64,000 bases of DNA. It comes from Octopus sinensis. Taxonomy: Eukaryota. The position numbers and the translations under genes are program-made. Below the pieces are notes generated by a model. The model made no database searches and had not been told where the DNA came from. It was given only the letters and a program-made list of their open reading frames with translations. Shown here one piece after another: positions 14,882 through 29,810 of the stretch (its first letter is position 1; the number at the start of each line of letters is the position of its first letter). The DNA lies in assembly GCF_006345805.1 (NCBI RefSeq), contig NC_043000.1, positions 61,876,001 through 61,940,000 on the forward strand. Direction: 5' to 3'.

Positions 14882-15239
14882 AGTCCGTGCTAGTATAATC
14901 AGATTCCTTTGTTAAACTTCAGACCACTGCTAGAGTGAAATCATTGCATGCTTCTACTGTTGCCCAAGTGGTTCAAATTTGTCTACATTGGATTCGAAAT
15001 GTGTTTGTTTTTGTTTTCTACTTTTAGCCTACTACACATTCATGTTGTTTATGTCTAGCTGGAATCAGATCTGATATTTCAGGTTACGTAGCCAATAATT
15101 TCTTCAGAGTTTATCTATTGTTACATTGTCAAATATGCTCTTGCAGTTGTTTAAACAGGTACTCTTGACAAGAGATTTCACTGCCTCGTAGTCCGTGCTA
15201 GTATAATCAAATTCCTTTGTTAAACTTCAGACTACTGCT
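14882..15239. repeat. 50-bp direct repeat pair (14882-14931 and 15190-15239)
   Basis: AGTCCGTGCTAGTATAATCA...CTTCAGAC(C/T)ACTGCT, 2 mismatches. Confidence 0.8.
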
Positions 15240-17327
15240 CCCATACTAACCCGGTCTTTCTCATTGGTTCAAACGTTAGCGGCGTTCGCATGCACAGCAA
15301 TGGTTATGAGGAACATGTGAGCCTGTTTATATCCTATACTACAATACTGCTAACGTAAATCCATTTTACCTTGTCTCATGAAACTACCTTTCATATAGTG
15401 GCAGTACTCTTCCTTTCAATAGCATTGGTATAACTTATCTTAAGTTACAGTCTCTTTCATTTAACTCATTCCTTGCACGATTGGAAGCCACAACATACAT
15501 TTACAGTAATACTTTGAACTCTTTTGGAGCAGTTACTGATAATGTGTGTTATGACATTCTCCCAATTCCACACAGATTACGTTAGTTTATTATTATTATA
15601 TCTTTTACAATTTATAATTCGTCTCTCTCTGTTGTATGATCCATATTTTATATTTGGTACTTATTTGGTACAACAAAGACTTATAAATTCTGAAATATTG
15701 CAATTTTGAATACATTATTAGAAAGTGAGAGAGAGAGGGAGAGTGTGTGTGTGTGTGAGAGAGAGAGAAGAGAGAGAGAGAGAACTGTTCTTATCGGTAT
15801 GAGTATCATTTACCAATTTACATGATTCGAATGTAAGCATTACTGTTTGATTATGTACAGTGAGTTTTCTTTCCTATTGCATATAGTTCATATTGTATAG
15901 AGATATGTGCTAGAGTCCTTCCGAGTTGGCGTCAGCCTTTACATATTACTGACCTCATTTATCAACACTTTCTCCTTATATCTTTTTACTTGATTTTGTT
16001 ATTTCTCAAGAGATATCAGAATGATATCAAATGTTATAATAGTGCTGTCTGAATTGATTTTCTGTTTTATATTCTACTTTTTTTTTCTCTTGGTGATGAA
16101 TCTATGGGAATCGCTCTATCTACGGAAGGCTTGAATTGCTCGAGACCTTGTGTGACTGTTATAAATGGATTGTACTTTCTCAAGTAATTTACGACAGAAT
16201 ATTAATACTCCGTTTAATATTGTCAATAATGTTTCAGAAAATACTATTACAGTGTGACACTATTGCAAATCCAGTGATGCCTAACATCACTTTGTATCAT
16301 ATTACTTCATTTTGCACACGCACACACACATAAATACAAGCTTACACACACACAGCTTCTGTAATATTTCGTCATTGTTATTCAAGCATTATTGTTCTTA
16401 AATATGCTACTTAGCGTTTAGATGTATTTCTTTCGAAAAATATCTGTACAGTGTATTCTAGATTTTGTAATAGACGGTAAATATCAATAAATCGTCTGTT
16501 CAATTTATATTTTATTAGACAAACATAAAGGCATCGTGTTTCAATCTAGACTTATCTATACAAATGAGGAAATTAATGAGAATTGATTAAATTTGTTGTT
16601 GTTCTTTCTGTTAAACTGGCGGAGAATCATGACATCAACGAATAAAGGTAAATTTGACACTAAAATTTTAATATTGAGACACATGAGCGAATCCTTCATA
16701 AAGTAATAGCTTGATGACACGAAATTTAATTTTAAAAATAATAAGCAATATGTTTTTAATTTCAGAAAACTTTATTCCATTCTTAGCCTTAGATAGTGCA
16801 GTTCTGTAGATTTCAATTGGTATAACGGTAACTTAAATGGCATGCGTTAGTTTCAAAGTACAGTTGAAATGTCCGCAGTTACTGCACTTAAAACTTGAAT
16901 GCTACAAATGCTGCAAAACTAGGGTATATACAATCGAAATTATGGTAGTCGGTTAGCGTGTTAAATTGAATATATTCCATTTGAATAAGTTTTATGTGTA
17001 GTCGATGTACATAAAGTATGAATTGTATGTATGAAAAAAATTATTTGAATGTAAATTTTGTGGCTGCTTTTGCTTTACTGCCATGATATTGTAATAAATT
17101 GCATTGTTTATATCATTTAAAAATGTCAGTAACGACGTAATCCAATCGTTGTTAATTAAAATTAAGTGACTAAAGTTTGAACGACAATATTAATCACTTT
17201 AGTATGGCAGAAATAAATAAATCGTTATTTCAGCAATATATAGATAAGATATCTTAAAACGCATCAAATATGTAATTAAAATATCTTTGTTCAATACCAA
17301 CTTCACTACCAGTTTTCTAACCACTAG

Positions 17328-18810
17328 GCTCAAGTCTTCATTCCCACGGTTTTGAAGAATTTTCTTCTTATCCATTTTCCTGACACGTGTCGACTTACAA
17401 CTGTTGAAGAGAACCTATTAGAGAGTGAATATTATGATCTCAGAAAGCGTATGGAAGCTTTTGGTATGAACAGTTTTACCCGATGAATACAAGGAAAATA
17501 TTGAAATTGTAGCTTCTCAGAATAAATGAAGCATAACTGGAGTCTTAGTTTTCTGGAAATACTTTCAGGAACAGGTTAAACAAAACACTATCATCCTAAC
17601 TCTAAAGCAATTTTCATACAGAGAATTACTTGGTAAGTTTTAAAATAACATTGGCTTACAATAAAATGAATATAAGAAACACAGCGTTTTTCAATTGGGA
17701 ATCGTTACCTATTCATTTCGGTCTGCGTCAAACTTTTATTACTTAAGAAAGTCCACTAACTTATGCCAATATTCGATAAGATATTAGCGAATAAGACTAA
17801 AACTAAAATATTGGAGGTAGGAGGCACACTTTTTTTCTTTGCCTGTTGGATCTGATAGAAGCAACAGTGAACCATAGCATCCTCAGTGCCTCCGTCATTG
17901 CTGAAATTGATATTATCGATATTCCTCTTGATTCATTATCTCAAGAGATGCGGTGGAGATTCAAGCAGAGGGGTGGTTCCCAAGTGCCGATAACAGGATA
18001 TATTGCGGAGTTCGAGATTTGTAAGTTGGACATAAGAAAAGTGTGGAGAAGACGAACGCCGAGTGGCTTGGAAATGTTTGAATGGAAGTGGCATGGACAC
18101 ATCCTACTCCGAAAGTGAATAGTCCATTATAGTAGTGATGAAAAAGCTAAAAAGAGGAAATCTGATGCTAATTACACGTCTGGTTCTCTTCAAAGAGGTA
18201 GTCTAGGATGTATGTGTGTATCGCAGCAGCAGTTGCAGCATTGTTTCATGTAATCCACTATTCCATAGAAATCCTTACTTGGGCTTTGTAGGATGTCAGT
18301 AAGTATTAGATAACGTTTCGTCGAGATTTAAAGAGAGAGAGAGAGAGAGTAATCTTGGGATGCGGTCCTAACTATCTTGTGACTCTAATACTAACTCCAT
18401 AGCTGTTCCTGACGCTTGTAAATTGAATCTATTGTAATCAAATTGTTGCCTAAGAGTTTCAGAAAGCTGCTGATGATTTGAATGATATTCGTTGAGAATT
18501 TCTTTTAATGTTGGTAGATGTAGTTAGCCGCATCGTCCTTTTCATCCTCGAAAGCTGTAACTAAAGTAACGTTAAACAAAATAGATTCACAGTTTAATCT
18601 TGCCTAAATGTTATCCCTTGTTACTACTTAAATTTCGATTATAATCATTAAGTGTTGAAAGACGTTTGGCGGCTTGTACATTTTAAATGAAGGAAATAGT
18701 ACATATATTCACTTATATTATTTCTATCAATGTAGTTTTTGATCTTAAGAAATCATTTAATAAACAATGTGTGCTATACACAGGAGATTAGCTAAAGCAA
18801 AGTGGTGTAT
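17328..18810 (+). pseudogene. Decayed adhesion-GPCR-like sequence (GAIN/GPS plus 7TM traces)
   Basis: Manual translations across frames: TVNHSILSASV..DSLSQEM..F (GAIN-like), YC...EWLGNV* (two changes from W-x3-GC), VCIAAAVAALFHVIHYSIEILTW (TM3-like), ILGCGP (GWGxP-like), ILNEGNSTYIHLYYFYQC (TM7-like). Many stops and frameshifts. Confidence 0.4.
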
Positions 18811-19814
18811 GTAATCTCTATCAGATTGTTGATTGTAATGATTAGAGATAGACCTCTAACGCTTTCAGAAAGGCTTAATGTTTCATATGATGGGGTCTTG
18901 AAAGAAATCAATAATTTAGATCAATAAAAGCTTACTAGCAAATAATGAAAATATGTTAGATTTCTTTGAAACGGACTCTATAACCTAGATTTGATTAGCA
19001 ATTGTATTTAATTTACAAAGCCTACGCCACCGGATAAATTACACACGCACAATGTAGCTTCGATTTTCTGTTCTTGTAAAACTGTATCTAGAGGAAAGAA
19101 TGGGAAAACATTTCAACTTATCCATTTCAAAATGTTGCAATGATGTCACAACAACAGTCAAGATATTGCATACAGAAATACGTTACTGGTGATGAAGTAA
19201 CAAATTACTTAGAATAAACAAGTACATCTCCGGATCTGACATTTAGGGAAAAACAAACGAAAAGTTGTGATGGCCATGTAATTTATCGGCGATATTAATG
19301 TAAATGATTCGGCATTAAGTGGGAATGTGAGTTGTGTTTGATTTGCCAAGAAATTAGAACCGCGTTACGTCACCCGTGAAATTTCTTTGTTAATGATGTA
19401 TATTTGGAATTGATATCTCAGGTAATAGCAGAGTTGGCATATTTCTGAAACATTCATAAAGAAAATTGGAAAGTAGTTATAACGTTTATGTATTTAATAT
19501 TGATTTAAATTCTTATGTTAATGTTCGGGAGATTTTGCTTGTAAATATTTTAAGAAGACCTTGGGATGTCGACCGTTTATAGAACGTCAAAATATCATTT
19601 ACATTAATGTTCTGTTCAGGTTTCTTCCTTGCTCTATTATTATATTCCCTTATGTTTCAGATAAGAACATTTAAGAAAATATGAATAATTACACAAGAGT
19701 TTCACATTAAAATCAAATTCTTGCATAAAGTACTTGAATAAAGTAATATGTATAAACCATTTAGAGACGTTTAAACAATATATGACAAATTCTCTGTCTA
19801 TCTATCTATCTATA

Positions 19815-19902
<88 letters not shown>

Positions 19903-22259
19903 GATCTATCTCTGTATGTAGACATTTATACATGTATATGAATATATATATATGTTTGTGTGTGTGGTTGTATAAATGTGTGTAAGTGTGTTTGTGTGTG
20001 TGTATGTATGCATGTGTGCATATATGCATCTCTGTGTGTGTTTTTCTGTTTGTCTGTCTGTCTGGCGGTTTCATTTTTCTCAGTATAATAGTGATAAAAT
20101 TTTACCCTGTGTAGGCACCCCTCAGCCATTGGCAGAAATCTTGGAAGCGAGTGGTAACAGAACAATCAATAACTCTAGACTTTCCGTTCGATGATGTAAG
20201 TGAAGTTGAATGAAATGAAAAACTCCAGTAATGCCTTTAAAAACCATTTAATTACAGCCTTCCATGTAAACCTAAAAATATGTTTGTCCAGTTTAGTTTT
20301 TCAAATTTATAATTAAATTCTATGAAGCTTAAGATCCATTTTAGTTTCAGTATTAAAGAACAACTCCTGGAAATGAGAAACAGGTTGTCTCTTGCAAAAC
20401 AGATTTAGTGACACAGATTCGTTGCCCGGTTGGAGATTCTCGTACCTCTTAGCACATACAGTCAATATTTGAAGTTGTGGTGCGTTACCAAACCGTTGTG
20501 TTTGGTTTGTCACCAGCATTGCAACATTGATTTCATATGTAGGTACAATATGAATCGTAAAACAGCTGTGTGTACAACATTGCATGAACCATAGTATACA
20601 TCCGAGAGGTACTTTATCGAACTTGGGGAGTAGGGGGACAAAGTGGAATGCAATGAATACATTTTGATATTTCCTACTGGTATGTGCAGTAGCAAAAGTC
20701 CCGTTTGCTTCAAATCGTCGTCATTGCGAATTTAATTTAAATAGGAGCAAGAGAGCACGGGTCAGATACACTTTTGCTTAATACCATTCATGATATCAAT
20801 TATATCTATGATTCTATGTTACTGACTGCACTGGTTCCATTGACTTCATGGAAATCGATGATCAGCTATACTCTGAGAACACACACAAACACACACATAC
20901 ACACATACACACACACATAGTGTCAAACCGAACATTAAAAAATGAACGTTAAAAATAGAGCATTAAAAATAACAAATAACAAAGGAACAATGAGGTACAT
21001 ATGGCATGTATTAGCTTGACACTCAGTATAGATGGAAAAAGTGTTTTTTTTATGTTTTGAGCATAGATGTTCGTCAGAAAGAGGAGAAAGTAAAGGTTTG
21101 CATAAATCATTGCTTATAATACAAGATAAAGTATTGCCCAGTTTATTGGTGGATTTAGTATCATATTTGGCATGTAATAAAGTGTTGAGTGTATTAGATT
21201 GAGTGACTTTACTGTTTAAAATTAATAGAAATTGTACTGCCTATAAACCATATCGGTTCTTAATAATCAAACCAGTAAATCGGGATCTTAACAATGAATA
21301 CATTTAACTATATTTCCCAATGCGAACGTTCTACCAGAACGACATTCCCTTGACCCGAATCAGATTCTTTAATTGGAACTGTTTTATTTAAGATCAGTTA
21401 AGGGTTCAAATTTTCCATCAACAATGCATTTAATCAGAAAATGTCAAGTCATTTGTTTACAATAAGTGGAATGGATAAAATATTGCTTACTTTGGACATG
21501 TAAACAAACAGACCGATGTAAAATGAATATGGTTCTAATTACTTGGCATCTCCGAATAATTGCTGTAGTGTGAAATGAATGCGATATTGATTGCTTTTAT
21601 TTGAAAAATCAGGCTTTTGGGAATTTAATAAGGTATTAGTTGCTTTGCATTTGTGTACGATTGCAATTGCGAAAAGCATTATATTGGTTATCTAAAAATC
21701 AATCTGTCCAATTCATATACATAAGGATTAGAGTACCTAATGTAATGACTTTAAAAAATGATCAATTAATTAAAATTACATCCACGTTCAAAATAAAAGT
21801 AATTAGTCTTTATGATAGTACTTAGTAAAAAGGATAACTCTAAATTCCAGAATGATTTAAAATTAATTGGAGCTTGCAATAACAAGAGAGTTTTGATTTT
21901 GGTAGGGTCAGTGACAACTACAGATATATTTTGGTCTTAGAACACCTTGTCAACAAGTGATAGTTTTTCCAGTACTTGACGTACCTTAGAGTATCCTTAA
22001 GAATGTATGTAAATATGAATTAAAATTTTCCCTAGTTTCGCAAATTTTAAATAAAGAAGAGTAACAATGGTGTTTTCTTCATAGTTTATCATTAATAAAG
22101 GGTAGGAATTGCAACACGAATATCTGGAGGTTGTTGTTTGGTGTGATAATGGATTTCATTAAGAGCTATAACTTTAGAATTTAATTTTATATTGTGTGTT
22201 CAAATACATGACTTTACCATATACACATACACTCTTTTAAAAACATTTTGTAAATATAT

Positions 22260-22398
22260 GTATGTATATTTATATATATATATACATTTATGTTATATAC
22301 AGCATATACATATATACACATACATATATACACACATTCATTCATACATAATGCATACATACCTATATATATATATACATACATATATATATATATAC

Positions 22399-22495
<97 letters not shown>

Positions 22496-22536
22496 ATATA
22501 CATATACATACAGACATACATACATACATACATTCG

Positions 22537-22632
<96 letters not shown>
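22260..22632. repeat. (TA)n/(CATA)n compound microsatellite
   Basis: Directly visible; similar tracts at 57300-57690 and 62108-62465. Confidence 0.95.
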
Positions 22633-24350
22633 CAGATGCGTAGGTAAGGTAGCACTCGCGTTTGCTATTTTTTAAATGATCATGCTTTGTTTCTGTGAAT
22701 ATTTTCAAAGCTCTCAAGAATGCGAAAATAATTTTTTTGTTGAAACAATGAAAGACATGAATATGTGCAACACGCAAGACGTATTTTGACTCATTGCATC
22801 AATGCATTAAAATTGTAACGCGTAAACAGATGTAAGTCGAAACGCTCAAAGTAGTACAATAAGCACATATCAATTAGGAAGACAGAGTATCGAATCGCTC
22901 CAAGCTTTTACCTTTCCTGTATGATTTCCTTATAGCGATCTATTTTCTGAAAATATTATTGAAGAAATGTAAACAAATTTATTTTATAAACAATTTAATT
23001 ACATTTAAGCCATCACTATTTATATTTTCAAAGTCAGAATTACAATATCTTAAGTAACAGATCCAGACTAGAGGCACTGTGGCCGTTATTTTTACTTGAT
23101 GGAGATATAATGACAGGTATCCATCATATAATGAGTGTGCTTGTTAGACAATAATTATGCCTTGTGTCTCTGTCTGTATATTTTTTCCTTCATCTACAAT
23201 CCTTTTACGAGACAATACTATAAGTAAATTCTCATACTGTGATAGAATGTATTGGAAAATTAATTTGTCTCTCAGTGCCCTAATGCATTTGAAGTGGGGT
23301 ATCCATGATGGTCTTAAGAATAATAGATAGAAGAAGTTAAAGAAACGAAGAATGAAGATAAACTGATGTAAACAATTTCATCAAATGATCCGCTACAAAA
23401 CCTAATTTTGACTGAAAACTTAATTTCGAAATAAAAGATTTATGAATTTACGTTGGAAATAGTCTTGACATCAAATTTCAAAATATAAGATACTGTTGAA
23501 AATATTTTAGAAGCATTTTCAGGGTGACACCTCACAAATTACTGACATAGTTTCTCTTATTTGAAAGCAAGTGTCAAAAGTTAAGATATTAAACATATGA
23601 TAAGATTTTTTTTGAAAAGATTTTTTGATAAGATTTTTTTGAAAAACATTATTAAAAACAAAAATTATGTGTGTGGTGTTACTGTTGTTTCTGAGTTTAG
23701 CTCACGGTCACACCCATTTGACCTATGATGAAAGGCGTTCCAACTCTGGACATTGTTTTACTTAAGTCTCTATGACAGTAACTAAATTATTTCTTGTCAG
23801 TAACCTTAGTTAAAATGGTAAGGCATGGTTTGCAAGAGACCTAATTTGTATTCCTAGTATCCCAGTCAACTACGTAAGTATTTCTCTGTTGGATTGTTGT
23901 TGTTTTATCTCTAGATAGACATGTACTATAAAGACATTTTTGCATGTTTAGTTTAATACTTTCTTCCTGCTTGTTAATTAATATTGTATAGCAATTTCCT
24001 GTGTAGCCTATTTTTAATAAGTATATGTGAAGGTAGAATAGGATAAACACTGACGCATGAATACTTTACGTCATTATAGAAGAAACTGTGAATAAGAAAA
24101 TAGGCTTACATTTGAAGAATATGTTTTGTTTTTGAGCTTTGTCTCATATTTCACCGATTATTTTAAGTAGCCGTTCGTTAGGCCATAACAGCATATTTGT
24201 AGCACAGATGCCCTTTTAGTATTATTTCAAATTTCTTTCATACTATTTATGCTATGTTTATCCGCTGAAAATACCTGAACCGGAAACCATAGATCATTAC
24301 ACACGCAGCAGACACTCACACAAATACACACACGCACAGTACATAATTCG

Positions 24351-24383
<33 letters not shown>

Positions 24384-27204
24384 GTTTATAAAGATAGATA
24401 AATTTCAGCAATTCTGTATCGTTGCATTCCTAACAACTCCATTCTTTCAGCTTCCAAGTCGCAGACTGTGACTTCCGTTCTGAATTTTCCATCAGAAATT
24501 TTTGCAGACTTTTCTGTATGTCTCAAAATAACTTCAAAGGTAGGTTATATCTAACAGTATGTTGCATCTAACAGTATGTACAGTTTTGCATATCGTCATC
24601 TTTCGTCGCTCTTCGTTTTGCATACTAAATACTGTTAAAGCTTGATTCCTATTTTTACTTGCGCATATCTGTTTACTTCCTGTTGTAGCTTTTGTTTAGT
24701 CTTCAATAGTTCGTTCGATGATAAATAGAAACAGCAGAAATTTTACTGCTATGCAGGTTATAATTATAGTACAGTAGAAAGTACTTGTGGGATTAAGGAA
24801 ACGCATTTGCTCGAACAATCTCTTGACAAAAGAAACTTGCAATAAATTAGCATCCTTTCCAGAGATTAACATGTCATCTATCGACTTGAAATAATGCAAT
24901 CTATAATAAAGTGCTTTAGGAGTCAGAATAGGTTATGAGTAATATAATGAAGTAATAATAAAGATATTGATAAATTATAAGGCGATTGCCATAAGCAAAT
25001 TGAATGGTTTCATTTGAGGTTCTGCAAATTTCTATTACGATTCTGTTATTAATATCGTTCTATATTGTATGTATTTGTATAGTAAAAGCGAACTAAACAG
25101 AAAAATTGAATATAAATGTCTGGCTCTCCAATAAACCACAGCTATTAAAGTTCTTTATTGTGGGTAGGAAATTCACTCGGAAACCACGCACTTATGTGTT
25201 CAATCGCACAGCTTGGCCTTGGAATGTGTGTTCTACGTAGCCTCGGGTTGGCCAATAACTTATAAGTGGAAAAAAGTTTGTATATATGGAACTATGAATC
25301 GCTAATATGTAGCGGCAAATAATGCAAACTTGAGCGAAAAGAACAAGAAACCTGATCATTTCAAATACAGCCTTTTATCTACTTAAGTAATTAGCTTACT
25401 TGGCACGCTGTTCATCAGAAATAAATTGACCCAGTAGTTGACTCCTGGGGAACAGGTAACCAACGACAGCAATTGTTTACTCTTTGTAATATGAAAATAA
25501 GTTATACCTATAAATTTTTGTATGTATGATAAAAATTATTTGAAGTAAACGTATACAATTATTAGTAGAAGACTTGTGTTAGAATGCGCGGTTATAATTA
25601 AATTCGAAAATATAATCAAAAGAAACACGATACCAACATCCCAGGTCTGACGTGAAAAATAGCTGAGAATAAAGTTTCAGACGGGGACCTTCTTCTGAGA
25701 AACTTCTTTTCCTTCTCTGACGAACATTTCACATGAAACATTGGTTTTTACTTTTCCTCATAATGTACATTGACAATAGCTATTTAAAATGTATTTGATT
25801 ATATAATTCAGCTTGTACATAGCCAAAAGAACAATAAATCATTATATTTAACGGAGTTCATTCGCTCTATGTGTGATTTTCAAAACACCGTTTCTTTTAA
25901 TATAATATGCATGGTTAAATAGTTTGTGCAGATAAAATATTCACAACAGCTGCTCAGTTACATTGATTCCTTTTACAGGGGTCATACAATCGTTACAAAG
26001 TTATGCTTTGTATAGAACGGAGAATGTACGAGAAATTATTGAGAACGTTTCCTATGATGAAAATACTACAAGAATTATAAAAGTTTATAGCAATATAATA
26101 GAAGAGACACCTATATTTAAAGAGAAACTACTGTTTTCCTTGTTATGAAGACTAGCGATAGAATGTGTAAGACATTAAAGATCAGTTTTGTGTTACAATC
26201 TGATTAATATTATATAATAAACCACGATTTCATAGTAAATACCTTTTCAATAAAATACTTTTATTTTTTTTTTATTCTACAGTGTTAAAGGGCGAGTCAA
26301 AATTTGGAATATTTTCACTATTTTGTAAGTTTGTCTCGGAATCTATCTCTATGTTCAATGATGAATATCTCCCTTTCTTTTTCTTTTTCAACATTAAATA
26401 TCTTAGATATTGGAAATATGTAACATTAAATTTTTTCTAGTTTGGCTCTGTATCTGATAAATTCATAATGTGTAACCTCGGTTACTTGAAGTTCTTCAGT
26501 TCAAAATATTACGTATGTGATCTCTTGACGGATATTTATTTTCTGTGCAATTTTCTCCCAATCATAGAGTTGTTGCTCAGAACTAAGATTAGAGTGCCGG
26601 AGACTGGGAAGAAAAGAAACAAGTGTTTGCAGAAGGGTGAGTGGTGCTACCAATAACTTCTGCAGAGCAAGGTTTTAAAGACAAATAATTTTTTCATTCT
26701 ACGTCAAACAGCTTGTTTCCACGGCTTTCAATAAATAGCGGTGAATTTCTGAGAATATATGACTTTCTTTTTTAAAAAATACATTGGACATAGTAGTATA
26801 CACACACCCGACAGAAAAATAATCGTTATAAGTCTATTCACTCAAAGAAGGATCGTGGCTCAACAACAGCATTCAAAAAAACTGTCACAACCTCAAAAAC
26901 AATACCGCCATGAATAAAAACGTGAACGAAACAAGAACAACATGAACAACACAAATATAGTAGCAAAAACCACAACAAATTGCCAAAAAGAACATCAACA
27001 GTATAAACTAAATTGCTATTGATCAGAAAAGATAATATGCAGAGAAGTATTGAATTTTTTAGGAAGAATCATGTTTCCATATCCAAGTCATGTATTGCTC
27101 CAAATTCTCTTTCTATTTCTCTCTCTCTCTCCACACACACACACACATATATATATACATTTGTATGTACATATGAGTGTGTGTATTAACATGTACATAT
27201 TTGC

Positions 27205-27362
27205 TTCGGGGACGGGGGCGATAAATCGATTGCATCGATCCCAGTTCTCAACTGGTACACATTTTATTGGCCCCAAAATGCAAAGTTGACTTCAGCGAAA
27301 TTTGAACTCAGAACGTAAGGCAGACGAAAAGGCTCTAAATGTCTGTCCCGGCGCGCTCGTCG
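27205..27362 (-). mobile_element. SINE family A
   Basis: Reverse-complement match, including GAACTCAGAACGTAA and CAACTGGTAC blocks. Confidence 0.65.
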
Positions 27363-27370
27363 ACTTATTA

Positions 27371-27433
<63 letters not shown>

Positions 27434-27864
27434 GCGTATTGTCTACATTAGCTTTCATAGTAAACAGCATCATAGATGCGTTTCAGATGATCTTGTCGAT
27501 CGGCTTCAACACGAATTAGAGAATTGAGTCATTGCTTAAAACTGCGTCAAAGTTTTCGGTATAGGAAATATAGCGGCTACCCTCTGCAATTAGAAGTCAG
27601 CAGGAGTCACATCCGGTTTGTGGGTGCTGATAGAAAAACGGAACGAGCCGGTGGGGGAAGATGAGCTGAGGACTCTATGAGGAGTTATGTGACATACCCC
27701 GGCTACACTAATGTGCACTGTCAGGGACAGTCAGGTCATAACCCAGTTCGAGTACAAATCCATTAAAAGACTAATGTACCCGCTCGAAAGACAAATAGAC
27801 AAGTGCCTGTCTTTTCTAACATGCATTCATAAGGGACTATATATGTGTGTGTGTATTATAAATA

Positions 27865-28701
27865 TCTTTATATATAAAAATCAACTTGTGTGTCTGTGTG
27901 TGTATCTGTGTGTGTGTCTGTGTGTTTAACTTCCTGGCACATCTCCTCCTAGCCAACAAACCGTAGAACCACAAAAAATGGGTCACTTAAAGATTAGGCG
28001 AATAAAAATTGAACTGCGCTATTTCTGTTCCGAAATTCATCTCGCAAGTGCAAAATTCGATAATGTGTTTGTTTAGGCCTTATCCCATGCATTGAATAGT
28101 GAACTTTACTCAGTCAGCTGTTTGACGTTAACTGTGTTCACCAGGCGTGCAAGCATGCGTAAATTGCATGAAAAATAAAAAATCAAGATATAAAAACGAA
28201 TCGCCCTAAACATTGTAGAAATTCGGCAAAGAAATGAATTTTCGGGATGTAGCCTGGAGGGTTTTTTCGTATTAATCGTTTGGACTTTGTGAACACATAC
28301 CAATTGTTTTCATGAAATTTTTAACGCTTTGAATTAAATGTGACCACTTTGCGTTGAGTCTGCAGTTTGAATCACTTTTAACCAAATTTTAGCACGCCGG
28401 ATTTTTGATCATCACGATACATCGCCAGCGACTCCCTAAAACTCTCCCCTGAAATCCCCGTTGAGAAATACCGATCTAAAAGAATAATTCAAGAATGCAA
28501 TTATTTGATCAACAAAAAATTATGAAACGCTTCTACGTACTTCCTATTGACGAAATGGAACACATAAGCGCCAAAATAGAGGGTATTAAATGCTTGGTTT
28601 TAAAACCAAAATAATTGAATTTTGATTGAACTTCATCCAAGTTTAGCTTAATTCGTGCGTGCATAGAACGCACGAGCGCACGAGTCGGGCAATATTGCTA
28701 G
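27865..28701 (+). mobile_element. Non-autonomous Helitron-like element
   Basis: 5' A|TC followed by TATATAAAAA and a GT/GTCT microsatellite; 3' CTAG|T preceded by a GC-rich imperfect hairpin (TCGTGCG...CGCACGA); no TSD. Confidence 0.55.
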
Positions 28702-28939
28702 TAAACTATACAAGGAAATATATATTCGTACGTAATTCATACAAAAATGTGGACAAATGATTCGAAATTTGCTTCTATATCTAGACTATAAATTTACATT
28801 TATACCACTGATGATTGATGCACTTGGCTAACAGTAAATACCTAAGTGAAAAGCTGGATAAGCCCGGGTTTCAGAAAAAAGAAATGAAGCAACTAGCTCG
28901 ATCATTACAAATAGAATGAAGGTCTATTAGGCATTTTGG

Positions 28940-29100
28940 AAGGATATTAAAGAGATGTAGATCCTTGAAGCCCAAGCTGTTGCAGTATTTGGTCCTGTAT
29001 TTTGATGGCGATGCTGGGATCTTTAGCATTATGCAGTGGCGCCCCGTTCTGTAGTTTGAGTAACTTTCAATGAGAAATTTGGTACAAGGCTTTTGGGGGA
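28940..29100 (-). mobile_element. Second, more decayed fragment of the same CR1-like LINE 3' region
   Basis: Aligns by eye to ~39645-39800 (shared AACCCAAGCTGTTGCAGTAT-like and ATGCAGTGGCGC blocks). Confidence 0.6.
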
Positions 29101-29164
29101 AAGTGTTTTAGGAGGGGGTGGTTGGGGAATTTCTGAAAATTCCCCGGCGTCCACTTCAATTCAT

Positions 29165-29810
29165 CTTAAATTTCAAGAAAATAGATATTTTTTAATGAAA
29201 TTTTCTACAAATAAACCTCGGACTATGTAGTTTCAGAGAACATAGGAATTTTCGGGGAAAACAATTAAGGGTTACTTTTGAAGACCGTTCCCCACTCGGT
29301 GGTGTTTCATAAAATGTCACCCACGAACACGACATCACCTCGAAGGCCTGAGTGAAAAATAAAATTAGAAAAATCCCTGTCAAAACGGAGAGAGAAAAAT
29401 GCACTAAGTGATGGCATGCTTATTCTCAGTGTCCTCACGATAATATATATATGTAATTAAAGAAGGTCAAACGGGAAATTATCCCATTCAATATCTTTCT
29501 GTTAGAAACGTCTACACCTTTAGCTGGTATTTTTAGCATAATGAATTTTCTGGTGACGAGTTTTCTGGTGACAGCTTCATTCCCTGCGGCTTCAGTGGAA
29601 ATCTACGGATGCACAAACGCACCAAACGGAGAAAATGAAACAAATATAGACGACTTGTTCCGAAACACCCCCGAGTGGGAAACGGTCCTCAAATGTAACC
29701 CTAATAGATTTTACCCCCAAATTCCTATGTTCTCGGAATCTACATAGTCAGTGATATATTTGTAGAAAATTTCATTAAAAAATATTAATTTTTCTGAAAG
29801 TTATGATCAT
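29165..29810. mobile_element. Foldback/MITE-like element with ~140-150-bp imperfect inverted repeats
   Basis: 29165-29320 is roughly 80% identical by eye to the reverse complement of 29660-29810 (e.g. ATGAAATTTTCTACAAAT, GAGAACATAGGAATTT, CCCACTCGG). Confidence 0.65.

Noticed and set aside
17846-18118. RTE LINE C-terminus (WKWHGH resembling WxWxGH)
   Set aside because: Single motif; surrounding frames fit an adhesion-GPCR motif order better. Unresolved without a search.
22192-22777. 151-187-aa ORFs, and similar ones at 57259-57685 and 62016-62402
   Set aside because: (TA)n/(CATA)n tracts lacking stop codons.
24409-24539. Candidate plus-strand exon (AG...GT, open frame), and another ending at a GTGAGT donor near 26637
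   Set aside because: Opposite strand is equally open, there is no homology, and no consistent phase chain links the candidates.
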